Shown in pieces: positions 45,922-55,536 of a stretch of 64,000 nt of DNA. The DNA comes from an uncultured Bacilli bacterium (GTDB lineage: Bacteria; Bacillota_I; Bacilli_A; RFN20; CAG-288): NCBI GenBank assembly GCA_934725685.1, contig CAKVBX010000002.1, positions 19,581 to 83,580 on the forward strand. Direction: 5' to 3'. The first letter of the stretch is position 1; each line of letters opens with the position of its first letter. The translations under genes and the position numbers were made by a program. Below the pieces are notes generated by a model. The model was not told where the DNA came from and made no database searches. It saw only the letters and a program-made list of their open reading frames with translations.

Positions 45922-47103
45922 TTAGTCGGTGACGACGGTGTCGTAGTAGCAGGCTTCGAGGACCTTCTCCATAAGAGCGTCATCCATCTTTCTAGGATTC
46001 TCAGGAGTGCAGGCATCGAGGACAGCATTGTGTGCGATTTCAGCCTTCTTGGCTAAGAATTCGTCTTCGATGACACCGAATTCCTTTAAGCCGTGCGGGA
46101 TGTTGAGAGCTCTGTCGAGTTCACGGACTCTGTTGATGAGGTTCTGAACCTTCTCGTTCTCATCCTTGCCGCCAAGACCGAGATAGTCGGCGATTTCGGC
46201 ATATCTGGCATGGGCTCTGGCATCGTGAGCATTGCATTCGATGACATGAGGCAGATACATGGCATTGGCGCAGCCGTGCGGGACATGGCCAGTGGAGAAA
46301 GCAGCACCGGTCTTATGAGCCAAAGAGTGGGTGATACCTAAAAGGGCATTGGAGAAAGCCATACCGGCGATGCACTGAGCATAGTGCATGTTGCCTCTGG
46401 CAGTGACATCACCATTGTAGGAAGCAACGATGTTATCGTTGACCATCTTGGCAGCCTTGAGGGAAAGAGGATCGCAGACATCGTTGGCAAAAATGGAAAC
46501 ATAAGCTTCAATGGCATGGGTCAAAGCGTCCATACCGGTGAAAGCGACCTGCTTCTGCGGCATGGACTGCGGAAGGGCAGGATCGACGATGGCGATATCA
46601 GGAGTGAGTTCAAAATTGGCAAGAGGATACTTGATGCCCTTCTCAGGATCCGTAATGACGGAGAAGGCAGTGACTTCGGTGCCGGTACCGGAAGTGGAAC
46701 CGATGGCAGCGAATCTGGCCTTGTTTCTGAGGACCGGAATCTTTTCTTCGGCAAGATCTTCGAACTTATAGTCCGGATATTCATAGAAGACCCACATAGC
46801 CTTAGCGGCATCGATTGGGGAACCGCCGCCGATAGCAACAATCCAGTCAGGCTGGAATTCTCTCATAGCAGCGCCACCCTTGAGAACGGTCTGGACAGTC
46901 GGGTCGTTCTCGACGCCTTCGAAAGTTCTGACTTCGAAGCCAGCTTCCTTCAGGTAAGCGACAGTCTTTTCGAGCCAGCCGAACTTCTGCATGGCATGAC
47001 CGCCAGTGACGACCATGGCCTTGTGACCCTTGAGGTTCTTGAGTTCGGCAAGACTCTCTTCACCGAAATAAATGTCTCTTGGTAATGTAAATCTGTATTT
47101 CAT
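45922..47103 (-). CDS. Iron-containing (group III) alcohol dehydrogenase
   Basis: Fe-ADH signatures VAIGGGSPIDAAKA, GSTSGTGTEVT, metal ligands in DALTHAIEAY and GITHSLAHKTG..HVPHG. Confidence 0.85.
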   Translation of the reverse strand: MKYRFTLPRDIYFGEESLAELKNLKGHKAMVVTGGHAMQKFGWLEKTVAYLKEAGFEVRTFEGVENDPTVQTVLKGGAAMREFQPDWIVAIGGGSPIDAAKAMWVFYEYPDYKFEDLAEEKIPVLRNKARFAAIGSTSGTGTEVTAFSVITDPEKGIKYPLANFELTPDIAIVDPALPQSMPQKQVAFTGMDALTHAIEAYVSIFANDVCDPLSLKAAKMVNDNIVASYNGDVTARGNMHYAQCIAGMAFSNALLGITHSLAHKTGAAFSTGHVPHGCANAMYLPHVIECNAHDARAHARYAEIADYLGLGGKDENEKVQNLINRVRELDRALNIPHGLKEFGVIEDEFLAKKAEIAHNAVLDACTPENPRKMDDALMEKVLEACYYDTVVTD

Positions 47104-47362
47104 CTAATATACCTCCTATTACCGCAATATATTTTGCTGATTTTTTTGCTGTTTGCAAGGGCTTTCAAAAAATTGTGATTTATTACTTTAAAATTTAATA
47201 AAATCGATAAAAAATACAAAAAAGTCGTTCATAAAGGAATAGTTTTTGAAAAAACTTGTTTTTTGAGATGTGACATATTTGCTCGTTTTATATGAGAAAA
47301 ATGATAAATACGCACAAATCAATCATATTTCTACTGAAACAGAGTATAGAAAATGTAACTTC

Positions 47363-47390
47363 TTTTGACAAAAACCATTTTTTGTCAAAA
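47363..47390. promoter_or_regulatory. Perfect 12-bp inverted repeat (TTTTGACAAAAA-ccat-TTTTTGTCAAAA) in the adh/gpsB intergenic region
   Basis: Read directly from the sequence. Could be an operator or a weak bidirectional hairpin. Confidence 0.35.
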
Positions 47391-47511
47391 AACTAATTCT
47401 TTACTAAGAGCGATTTTTTATGAACATAGGGATAGAATCATGTTTCAAAATTGATTTCAATAAAGATAAGAATGAATTATAATAATTCCCGGAGTTATTC
47501 ATGTCTTATTT

Positions 47512-47874
47512 ATGCCACTAAAATTGATGCTTGATTCCAACAAAATCTATCACAAAGTCTTTGAGGGAACGAAACCGGGATATGATGCCCTTCAGGTCGA
47601 TTCCTTTTTAGACATTGTCATCAAGGACTATGAATCCATGGAAGCGTATGTTTCCGAAGTGGATACACGTTTTGCGGAATTGAACAACAAAGTGAAGATG
47701 CTCAACTCAGAACTTGCCGATGCGGAAGCTGAAAATGTCACATTGAAAGCGAAGCTTGGCAATATCGAAGAGAATCAGGATGCCTCTCTGAGCAATCTTG
47801 AATTGCTCAAGAGAATCTCGAATCTGGAGAAAGCACTTGCCAAGGCAGGAATAAATCCCAATACAATTGAATAA
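47512..47874 (+). CDS. gpsB: GpsB/DivIVA-domain cell-division protein
   Basis: N-terminal DivIVA motif IYHKVFEGTKPGYDALQVDSFLDIVIKDYE, then a coiled coil. Followed by rnpB as in B. subtilis. Confidence 0.8.
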   Translation: MPLKLMLDSNKIYHKVFEGTKPGYDALQVDSFLDIVIKDYESMEAYVSEVDTRFAELNNKVKMLNSELADAEAENVTLKAKLGNIEENQDASLSNLELLKRISNLEKALAKAGINPNTIE

Positions 47875-47879
47875 AGCAA

Positions 47880-48230
47880 ACTCCGATCTGGATGACTGCA
47901 GGTGGTCTTGTGCCATTTGAGGAAAGTCCATGCTCGCGCTCTCTGTGATGGGAGCAGTGTCTGCGCCAGGTCAATCAATAAACCTGGGCTGGGAGGAGTC
48001 CCAGACGGCTGAGAAGAATCTAAACGTGAGCATGATGTCTTCTCTATAAAAGCTCCACAGTGACGAACCTTCGGGAAACCGAAGGAATGCAACGTCGGAA
48101 AGCCCCACAAGCGAGAAACCTAAATTTCGGTAAGGGAAGTCAGAGGCGGGAAACGAACTGCCGAAGACAGATCATTGATCTAGATAAATTGTCATCCTCG
48201 ACAAAACATGGCTTATAGGATCGGCACTCA
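47880..48230 (+). ncRNA. rnpB: RNase P RNA, type B
   Basis: P4 strands GAGGAAAGTCCATGCTCGC and ACAAAACATGGCTTATAGGATCGG. Conserved CCACAGTGACGAA and GCGAGAAACCTAAATTTCGGTAAGGGAA, matching B. subtilis rnpB blocks from memory. P1 pairing CCGATC (47883-47888) with GATCGG (48219-48224). Ends are approximate. Confidence 0.85.
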
Positions 48231-48261
48231 CTTTATTTGATTCAACGAAAGGAGAAAAACG

Positions 48262-48933
48262 GTGAACACGCCAAATAAGATTACGACGGTTCGTTTAGTA
48301 GTTGCGTCCATCATTGTTGTGATTTTCTCTTTGTCTTTTATACCGAACGCTTCGACTACCTTTGCCAAGGAAATCGTGCTCGGGCCAATGCATATGGGAT
48401 TCAACTGGATTGATCTGGTTTGCTGCATTCTCTTCATCCTTGGTTCTGTCACCGATGCGGTCGACGGTCATATCGCAAGAAGCAGAAACCTAGTAACGAA
48501 TCTCGGTAAGTTCCTCGATCCCTTAGCCGATAAATATCTCGTCGATGCTGCGCTGCTGCTCCTTTGTGTCCGCCTTGACTGGAGCGGAAACCATCAAGTC
48601 TATCCGTTCCTCGTCGTCCTCTTCATCGTGAGGGACCTCGCAATGGATGGCCTTCGTATGGTCGCTGCCGGAAACGGAAAGATTCTTGCCGCCAACATCT
48701 GGGGTAAGGTCAAGACCGGAATCCAGATGGGTTTGATTCCGGTTCTCTTCCTCAATGGCTTCCCCTTCTCTCTCATTCCGAATGAACTTGTTCTCGAAAC
48801 TTGGTTTACCGACCGTTATCAGTATACTTACATCCTGATGAATGTCTTCACAGGGATTGCCCTGTTTGTCTCTCTTCTGTCTTTGGGCATTTATCTCTAT
48901 AAGAATAAGGATGTGTTGAAAGAAAGCGTGTAA
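48262..48933 (+). CDS. pgsA: CDP-diacylglycerol--glycerol-3-phosphate 3-phosphatidyltransferase
   Basis: CDP-alcohol phosphatidyltransferase motif DAVDGHIARSRNLVTNLGKFLDPLADK. GTG start with AGGAG RBS. Confidence 0.9.
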   Translation: MNTPNKITTVRLVVASIIVVIFSLSFIPNASTTFAKEIVLGPMHMGFNWIDLVCCILFILGSVTDAVDGHIARSRNLVTNLGKFLDPLADKYLVDAALLLLCVRLDWSGNHQVYPFLVVLFIVRDLAMDGLRMVAAGNGKILAANIWGKVKTGIQMGLIPVLFLNGFPFSLIPNELVLETWFTDRYQYTYILMNVFTGIALFVSLLSLGIYLYKNKDVLKESV

Positions 48934-48937
48934 TAGT

Positions 48938-49408
48938 ATGGAAAGAAAAGATTTACTTGAAATTCTGAAGTCGAAACATCTGACCCTGTCCTGCATGGAA
49001 TCCTTGACTGGTGGCATGTTTGCCAATTCCTTCACTTCTGTCCCCGGTGCCAGTGAGGTCTTCGTGGGTGGAGCCGTCACTTATTCCAACAAAGTGAAAG
49101 AACTCTTCGGTGTCAAGGAAGGTACCATTCAGCGTTATGGCGCCATCTCCAGACAATGCGCCGATGAGATGGCTCTCCGTGCCTCTGTCTTTTTCCAGAG
49201 CGACTGTTCCGTTTCCTTCACCGGAAACGCCGGACCTTCTGCCGAAGAAGGCAAACCCGTCGGCTTGGTTTTTGTTTCCGTTAAGGTGAAAGAGACCCTT
49301 TATTCCTATGAACTCAATCTCACCGGAGACCGCGAGGACGTTCGTAGACAGTGCGTCGACTTCGCCTTCAATACGTTATTCGATAAACTCACCAAAGAAG
49401 AAGCGTGA
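48938..49408 (+). CDS. cinA: CinA C-terminal-domain protein (nicotinamide-nucleotide amidohydrolase PncC-like)
   Basis: [38 protein letters not shown]. Position between pgsA and recA. Confidence 0.85.
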   Translation: MERKDLLEILKSKHLTLSCMESLTGGMFANSFTSVPGASEVFVGGAVTYSNKVKELFGVKEGTIQRYGAISRQCADEMALRASVFFQSDCSVSFTGNAGPSAEEGKPVGLVFVSVKVKETLYSYELNLTGDREDVRRQCVDFAFNTLFDKLTKEEA

Positions 49409-49467
49409 AATCCCTTGTGGATTTCCCTTTTTCGTATATATATCATTTTGAAAGAGAGGTTCCTTCT

Positions 49468-50520
49468 ATGGCAAAGACCGAAAAGAAAGTCACAGCAGAT
49501 GCAGTAGACACGAATGCGGAAAAGGATAAGGTCGTCGATGCGACCCTGAAGGATATTCGCAGCTATTTCAACGATAAAGGCATCATCATGAAAATGGGCG
49601 AACAGACCCATGTCGATGTCGGTGTCATCCCGACCGGTTCCCTGCTTCTTGACTCCGCACTGGGAGTCGGCGGTTACCCAAAGGGCAGAATCATCGAAAT
49701 TTATGGTCCGGAATCCTCCGGTAAAACCACTTTGGCTCTCGAAGCCATCGCACAGGTTCAGAAGCTCGGCGGCAGAGCGGCCTATATCGATGCCGAACAC
49801 GCCATCGACCCGGAATATTCCAAGACCCTGGGGGTCAACATCGATGAACTGATTCTCTCCCAGCCGGATTACGGGGAACAGGCGATGGAAATTGTCGATA
49901 TGCTTGCCAAGAGCAATGCCATCGATCTTATCGTTGTCGATTCCGTCGCCGCTCTTGTCCCTAAGGCGGAACTCGAAGGTACCTTCGAGGATTCCTCCGT
50001 CGGACTTCAGGCACGACTGATGTCGAAGTCCCTCCGGAAACTCGCCGGTGTCCTTTCCAAAAGTTCCTGCACCGTCATCTTCATCAACCAACTCCGTGAA
50101 AAAGTCGGTGTCATGTATGGTAATCCGGAAACGACCACTGGCGGAAGAGCCCTGAAGTTCTATTCGACCATCCGTATCGAAATCAGAAGAGCCGAAACCA
50201 TCAAACAGGGCGACAAGGCCTTAGGCAACATCGTCAATGTGAAAGTGGTCAAGAACAAGGTGGCCGCCCCTTATCGCTCCTGCAAGATCAATCTCATCTT
50301 CGGAAAGGGAATCAGCCATGACAACGAACTCGCTCAGCTTGCCGTGGACTATGCTTTCATCGAGAAGTCCGGAAGCTGGTTCTCCTATCAGGGAGAACGC
50401 TTAGGACAGGGAATTACCGCCGTCTACGATTTTCTCTCTTCCCATCCTGAAGTCCGTGAAAAGATTGAGGCGCAGGTCCGTGCGAAGCTTTCCGGCGGCG
50501 AAATCGGTGACGAGGAATAA
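49468..50520 (+). CDS. recA: Recombinase A
   Basis: [14 protein letters not shown] Walker [50 protein letters not shown] before ATG 49468. Confidence 0.97.
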   Translation: MAKTEKKVTADAVDTNAEKDKVVDATLKDIRSYFNDKGIIMKMGEQTHVDVGVIPTGSLLLDSALGVGGYPKGRIIEIYGPESSGKTTLALEAIAQVQKLGGRAAYIDAEHAIDPEYSKTLGVNIDELILSQPDYGEQAMEIVDMLAKSNAIDLIVVDSVAALVPKAELEGTFEDSSVGLQARLMSKSLRKLAGVLSKSSCTVIFINQLREKVGVMYGNPETTTGGRALKFYSTIRIEIRRAETIKQGDKALGNIVNVKVVKNKVAAPYRSCKINLIFGKGISHDNELAQLAVDYAFIEKSGSWFSYQGERLGQGITAVYDFLSSHPEVREKIEAQVRAKLSGGEIGDEE

Positions 50521-50566
50521 GACTTCTTTGATCTGAGTTCTAGAAAAAAAGCAAACAATCTGTATT

Positions 50567-50600
50567 AAAAAGTGGAAAGCTGATTACTTTCCACTTTTTT
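50567..50600 (+). terminator. recA terminator
   Basis: AAAAGTGGAAAG-CTGATTA-CTTTCCACTTTTTT. Confidence 0.85.
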
Positions 50601-50647
50601 CGTCTCACGCCTGGTCACAGAGGTGGGGAAAATAGATTAGAAAAGGT

Positions 50648-50676
50648 TTGCTGAATTTTGCCGTTTTTACTATAAT
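50648..50676 (+). promoter_or_regulatory. Sigma-A-type promoter of rny
   Basis: TTGCTG - 17 nt - TATAAT. Confidence 0.6.
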
Positions 50677-50777
50677 AAAGATACATAAAGTCACCTGAAC
50701 TTTATGTTTATATAAAAGATTTACGTCCTTTAATTTTTGCTGAATAGTTGTTCTTGATTTTTTAATCTTTTTACGAG

Positions 50778-50809
50778 AGAAGGTTCTTGGGATGCAGTGA
50801 ACCTTTTTT
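50778..50809 (+). promoter_or_regulatory. Terminator-like hairpin plus U-tract inside the rny 5' leader
   Basis: AGAAGGTTC - 12-nt loop - GAACCTTTT followed by TTTG, about 15 nt upstream of the AAAGG RBS. Confidence 0.45.
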
Positions 50810-50841
50810 GTGCGGACTGTGTCCAGAAAGGTATTTTTGAT

Positions 50842-52425
50842 ATGGAACCATTAGTAGTTACTATCATTGCGATAGCAGTTGCTTTAGTAAGTGCCGCTAT
50901 CACCGCCCTTTGCTTCATCTTCATTCCCAAGATGAAGAAGGAAAAAGCCGAAAACAAGGCTGAGGATATCCTCAAAGAAGCTGAAGTCAAAGCTGAGAAG
51001 ATTATCGCCAATGCCAAAGTCGAAGCTAAAGCTGATTCCGATGAAGTTCTGAAGAAAGCGGAACAGGAAAAGGCCAACAAGCTCGCCGAACTGAAGGCGA
51101 CGGAAAACAAGCTCGATTCGAGAGAAGCGACCCTCGACAAGAGAGAGGATGCCATCATCGCCCGCGAAGGACAAATTGAGCAGACCAGAAAAGAATACGA
51201 ACAGAAGAAAGCGGACTGCGAACAGAGACTCAGCGAACTTGACGAGAAGGGGAAACTTCTTCAGGAAAAAATCGATTCTATCATTGTGGAACTTCAGAAG
51301 GTCGCCAACATGACCATCGACGAAGCCAGAACGGAACTCATGGCCCGCGTCGAAGAGAAGGAAATGAAGAAAATTGCTCTTTATAAGGAACAAATGGAAG
51401 AACAGGCCGAAAGTGAATGCGAAGACAGAGCCAAGGTCCTTCTTGCCAACGCTATGGAAAAGTATGCGCAGGATGTCACCTGTGAGAGAAGTACTTCTAC
51501 CGTCGCACTTCCGACGGATGAGATGAAGGGAAGAATTATCGGCCGTGAAGGCAGAAACATCAAGTCCATGGAACAGCTCTTCGGTGTCTCCCTCATCATC
51601 GACGATACGCCGGAAAACCTCACCGTCTCCTGCTTCGATCCAATCCGCCGTGAAAAAGCCAAACTCACGCTCGACGCCCTCATCCATGACGGCCGTATCC
51701 AGCCTGGCAGAATCGAAGACCTCTACAATAAGATTTCCCAGGAATTCGATGACAAGCTGAAGAGAATCGGTGAACAGACCGTCTTCAAACTCGGCCTTCC
51801 CCGTATCAATGCCGGACTTCTTCCTTATCTCGGAAGACTTCGCTATCGTACTTCCTATGGTCAGAATGTCCTCGATCATTCTATTCAGGTCGCTTATCTC
51901 GCCTCTGTCATGGCGAGCGAACTCGGCCTTGATCCTGTCCTAGCCAAGCGCGCAGGTCTTCTCCACGACATCGGTAAGTCCATCGATGCTGAACAGGAAG
52001 GAAGCCACGTACAGCTCGGCAGCATGTTAGCCAAGAAGTTCAACGAACCCGCCGTCGTCATCAATGCCATCGAATCCCACCATGGCGATGTTCCCAAGAC
52101 CAATCTCATCTCTGAGCTTGTTACGGCCGCTGATACGCTCTCTGCAGCCCGGCCGGGTGCCAGAAGCGAAACCCTCGAGACCTACATTAAGCGCCTTGAA
52201 CAGCTTGAGACCATCTGCAAATCGTTCAACGGTGTTCAGTCTTCCTATGCCCTCCAGTCCGGACGCGATGTCCGTGTCATGGTCGTTCCGGAGAAGGTCT
52301 CCGATGAGGATGCCAAGGTTCTCGCTCAGCAGATCCGTGACAAAATCGAAGCCGAGATGCAGTTCCCCGGTCAGATTAAAGTTTCCGTCATCCGTGAGAC
52401 CCGCGCTGTCGAAATCGCAAAGTGA
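50842..52425 (+). CDS. rny: Ribonuclease Y
   Basis: N-terminal TM helix, long coiled coil, KH domain GRIIGREGRNIKSME, HD domain LLHDIGK ... ESHHGD. Confidence 0.95.
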   Translation: MEPLVVTIIAIAVALVSAAITALCFIFIPKMKKEKAENKAEDILKEAEVKAEKIIANAKVEAKADSDEVLKKAEQEKANKLAELKATENKLDSREATLDKREDAIIAREGQIEQTRKEYEQKKADCEQRLSELDEKGKLLQEKIDSIIVELQKVANMTIDEARTELMARVEEKEMKKIALYKEQMEEQAESECEDRAKVLLANAMEKYAQDVTCERSTSTVALPTDEMKGRIIGREGRNIKSMEQLFGVSLIIDDTPENLTVSCFDPIRREKAKLTLDALIHDGRIQPGRIEDLYNKISQEFDDKLKRIGEQTVFKLGLPRINAGLLPYLGRLRYRTSYGQNVLDHSIQVAYLASVMASELGLDPVLAKRAGLLHDIGKSIDAEQEGSHVQLGSMLAKKFNEPAVVINAIESHHGDVPKTNLISELVTAADTLSAARPGARSETLETYIKRLEQLETICKSFNGVQSSYALQSGRDVRVMVVPEKVSDEDAKVLAQQIRDKIEAEMQFPGQIKVSVIRETRAVEIAK

Positions 52426-52436
52426 TGGAGTGAGTC

Positions 52437-53237
52437 ATGGTACGGATCCTATTCTTGGGTGATATCGTCGGACCGCTCGGAAGGGAAGGAGTGAAACGTT
52501 ATCTCTCCCTCCATAAAGAGAGCGATCATATCGACTTTGTCATCGCAAACGGAGAGAACACGACACATGGTCATGGACTTTCCTTCGATCATTATCGCGA
52601 ACTGCTCTCTGACGGAATCGACTGCATCACTAGCGGTAACCATTTCTTCAACACGCCGGACTGCTTCAATAAGTCCAAACAGATGACTCAGGCAATCCGA
52701 CCTTACAATCTCGATAAGAACTGCCCCGGAATCGGAACTCAGGTTTTTGAGACAAAAGGCGGAGTGAAAATCCGTGTTTCCAATCTTCTCGGTCGCGTCT
52801 TTCTCACGATGACCCAAGGAAATCCTTTCTATGCCTTGGATGAAATCATTGCTTCGAATGAGGAGAATGTGAAAATCCACATTGTCGACTTCCATGCGGA
52901 AGCGACCGGCGAAAAGAGATGCCTTGCCGAATACGGAGACGGTAGAATCACTGCCCTCATCGGTACGCATACCCATGTGCAGACCAATGATGCCAAATGC
53001 CTTTCGAAGGGAACCTTCTTCCTCTCCGATGCCGGAATGAATGGGGCTTATGATTCCTCCCTCGGCGATGAGAAGAGTGCTTCCATCTATCGGACCATGA
53101 CGGGAATGCCGACTACCATGGCGGTTCCCCGAAAAGGGAAAATCCTTGCCAATGGTGTCCGGTTCGATGTCGACGAAACCACGGGAAAGGTCGTTTCTTT
53201 CACCCTGATTAATGAAACCATGGAGAACAGTCTCTGA
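52437..53237 (+). CDS. ymdB: YmdB-family metallophosphoesterase (2',3'-cyclic-nucleotide phosphodiesterase)
   Basis: ILFLGDIVGPLGR, ANGENTTHGHG, VDFHAEATGEK, GTHTHVQTND. Confidence 0.9.
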   Translation: MVRILFLGDIVGPLGREGVKRYLSLHKESDHIDFVIANGENTTHGHGLSFDHYRELLSDGIDCITSGNHFFNTPDCFNKSKQMTQAIRPYNLDKNCPGIGTQVFETKGGVKIRVSNLLGRVFLTMTQGNPFYALDEIIASNEENVKIHIVDFHAEATGEKRCLAEYGDGRITALIGTHTHVQTNDAKCLSKGTFFLSDAGMNGAYDSSLGDEKSASIYRTMTGMPTTMAVPRKGKILANGVRFDVDETTGKVVSFTLINETMENSL

Positions 53238-53254
53238 GACTGTTCTCTTTTTTT
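53223..53254 (+). terminator. ymdB terminator (includes the stop codon)
   Basis: GAGAACAGTC-TCTGA-GACTGTTCTC followed by TTTTTTT. Confidence 0.85.
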
Positions 53255-53360
53255 AGGAAAAAACGGGGAAAATGAATTCTATTTGTTATTTTATGAAATT
53301 TTGGCAGTTGTATTAAACATGAAAAGTTATATAATAATTCAAGAAAGAGGTTTTTCTAAA

Positions 53361-53708
53361 ATGACAACATTAAAAGCTAGTGGAAACACTCAAATCCAGA
53401 AGTTGGCCGGAGCAATCGCAGGCAACATTCGTCAGGAAGGTGCCGTTCAGATTTCTTTGGTTGGCGCTTCTGCCCTTAATCAGGCTCTCAAGGCCTGCAT
53501 CGTCGCCAGAAGATTCCTTAAGGATGACGAGAACAAGGCTGATATCGTTCTTCAGCCGGAATTCATGATGCAGAATTTCTCTGAGCCGGCCTCTGAAAGC
53601 ACCAGAGAAGTCACCACAATCCTTCTCCACATCAGAAGAGTCGATTTCGATCCCGAAAACGCCGTCTCTTCCGATATTCCTAAGCACGAAGAAGAAGCCG
53701 CTGCTTAA
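53361..53708 (+). CDS. spoVS: SpoVS-like protein with a C-terminal extension
   Basis: LKASGNTQIQKLAGAIAGNIRQEGAVQISLVGASALNQALKACIVARRF aligns by eye with B. subtilis SpoVS. About 30 extra C-terminal residues. Start trimmed to Met 53361. Confidence 0.75.
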   Translation: MTTLKASGNTQIQKLAGAIAGNIRQEGAVQISLVGASALNQALKACIVARRFLKDDENKADIVLQPEFMMQNFSEPASESTREVTTILLHIRRVDFDPENAVSSDIPKHEEEAAA

Positions 53709-53715
53709 TTGACCT

Positions 53716-55164
53716 ATGAAGACACGTCTTGTATCGCTTCCCGATTTAAAGAAAGCAGCAGGACGGAATCGTTCTACACCGGTCACTTACAAAAATTCAG
53801 TTCTGAATCCTTCGTCTTTCCTTGTCTCTTGGGGACAGGGAAAGACTTTTTGTATCAAGACCTACGGCTGCCAGGCTAATGTCCGCGATTCCGAAATCCT
53901 CCGTGGCTATCTTCTCTCTCTGGGAATGAAGGAGCAGAGCGAATTCGATGGTGCCGATTTCATTCTGTTCAACACTTGCGCAATCCGCGAGAATGCCGAA
54001 AATCATCTTTACGGTGAACTTGGACGCGCCAAGGAAACGTATCTGAAAAACAAGGATACCATCATTGCCATCTGTGGCTGTGTCATGCAGGAAGAAGCTG
54101 CCGTCAACTATGTCCTGAAACATTTCAGTTTTGTTTCACTTATTTTCGGTACCAACAATATCACATCGTTCTATTCCCTGCTGGAGGATGTCGTTACCCA
54201 TCACGAAGGAATCGTTGATGTTCGCTCCAATTCCGATCTCATCGAGGAAGGTTATCTCACCAATGAGAGTCGTGAAAGCAAAGTCACTGCATTTGTCAAC
54301 ATCATGTATGGATGCGATAAGTTCTGCACTTACTGCATCGTCCCTTATACCCGCGGCAGAGAACGTTCCCGCAAAGAGGAAGACATCCTTGCGGAAGTCC
54401 GCTGTCTGAAGGAACAGGGATATAAGCAGGTCACCCTGCTCGGTCAGAATGTCGATGCCTACGGAAAAGATTTCGGTGATGAATACGCCTTTGCCGACCT
54501 TTTAGAAAAGGTGGCACAGACCGGTATCGAAAGAGTCCGTTTCGTCACGCCGTATCCATCCGATTTCAAAGTCCAGGTCTTCGATGTTATGGCAAAGTAT
54601 CCGAACATCATGCCCTTCCTCCATCTTCCGATTCAGAGCGGTTCAGACCGCGTTCTGAAGCGGATGAACCGCAGATATACCAGGGAACAGTATCTTGAAA
54701 TCGTTCACGAACTGAGAAAACGTCTTCCGGACGTTTTCCTCTCCACGGACATCATTGTCGGTTTCCCCAACGAGAGTGACGACGACTTTGAGGATACGCT
54801 GTCCTTGGTGAAGGAAGTCCGTTTCGATTCCGCTTTCACGTTCATCTTTTCTCCACGCCCCGGAACCCCTGCCTTCAGCATGAAGGATGAAGTGACGGAT
54901 GAGACGAAACATGAACGTTTCGACCGCCTGAAAGCCTTAATCGATGAGTGCTCTTCCGAGCGTGCCGCCACCTTTGTCGGGAAGACGGTCGAAGTTCTTT
55001 TCGAGAAGGTTTCCGACCGGAACAATTCGATGATTTCAGGCTATGATCCCCATAACAAACTTGTCCATGTCAAAGGCGATGTTTCTCTGATCGGCCAGAT
55101 CAGAAAGGTGAAGATCTTAGAATCCCACACCTATTCCCTGATCGGTGAGGTCGTCGATGACTGA
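53716..55164 (+). CDS. miaB: tRNA-2-methylthio-N6-dimethylallyladenosine synthase
   Basis: UPF0004 domain FCIKTYGCQANVRDSE, radical-SAM CDKFCTYCIVPYTRG, TRAM domain at the C-terminus. Confidence 0.9.
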   Translation: MKTRLVSLPDLKKAAGRNRSTPVTYKNSVLNPSSFLVSWGQGKTFCIKTYGCQANVRDSEILRGYLLSLGMKEQSEFDGADFILFNTCAIRENAENHLYGELGRAKETYLKNKDTIIAICGCVMQEEAAVNYVLKHFSFVSLIFGTNNITSFYSLLEDVVTHHEGIVDVRSNSDLIEEGYLTNESRESKVTAFVNIMYGCDKFCTYCIVPYTRGRERSRKEEDILAEVRCLKEQGYKQVTLLGQNVDAYGKDFGDEYAFADLLEKVAQTGIERVRFVTPYPSDFKVQVFDVMAKYPNIMPFLHLPIQSGSDRVLKRMNRRYTREQYLEIVHELRKRLPDVFLSTDIIVGFPNESDDDFEDTLSLVKEVRFDSAFTFIFSPRPGTPAFSMKDEVTDETKHERFDRLKALIDECSSERAATFVGKTVEVLFEKVSDRNNSMISGYDPHNKLVHVKGDVSLIGQIRKVKILESHTYSLIGEVVDD

Positions 55165-55468
55165 GGAAGAACTCCGTCAGGAAATCGACGCCTTTGTCAA
55201 GGATTTCTCTGAACTCAAGAGCGTCAAAGCCTTTGTCCGTCTGAAGAAGGCAGTCAGGGAAGACATACATCTCAACCGACTGGAAGAACAGAGACGGATC
55301 CTTCAGAAAGGGCTGAAGTATATGAAGGATGCTAAGAAGGACGCCTGCATGAAAGCCTGCAAAGAACTGCAGATCGAACATGATAACGACCCCCTTTACG
55401 TCAATTATCTTTCCGCAAAGAAAGATGTCCTGTCCCTTCTTTCCTATCTTGACAATATCGTTCTTTAA
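55157..55468 (+). CDS. YlbF/YmcA-family protein (RicA-like)
   Basis: Small helical protein directly after miaB, as ymcA is in B. subtilis. C-terminal DPLYVNYLSAKKDVLSLLSYLDNIV fits the family pattern. ATG 55157 overlaps the miaB stop. Confidence 0.55.
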   Translation: MTEEELRQEIDAFVKDFSELKSVKAFVRLKKAVREDIHLNRLEEQRRILQKGLKYMKDAKKDACMKACKELQIEHDNDPLYVNYLSAKKDVLSLLSYLDNIVL

Positions 55469-55492
55469 AGGGTGCTTAGAACACCCTTTTTT
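55467..55492 (+). terminator. Rho-independent terminator
   Basis: AAAGGGTG-CTTAGAA-CACCCTTTTTT. A TATAAT at 55495-55500 follows, ahead of mutS. Confidence 0.8.
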
Positions 55493-55536
55493 AGTATAAT
55501 AAACGGAGAAAAGAACTCATTTTTCAGGTATTCACT

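Noticed and set aside
47190-47215. TTGTGATTTATTACTTTAA upstream of the alcohol dehydrogenase gene as a possible Rex operator.
   Set aside because: Only the left half-site (TTGTGA) matches the Rex consensus as I recall it. The right half is degenerate.
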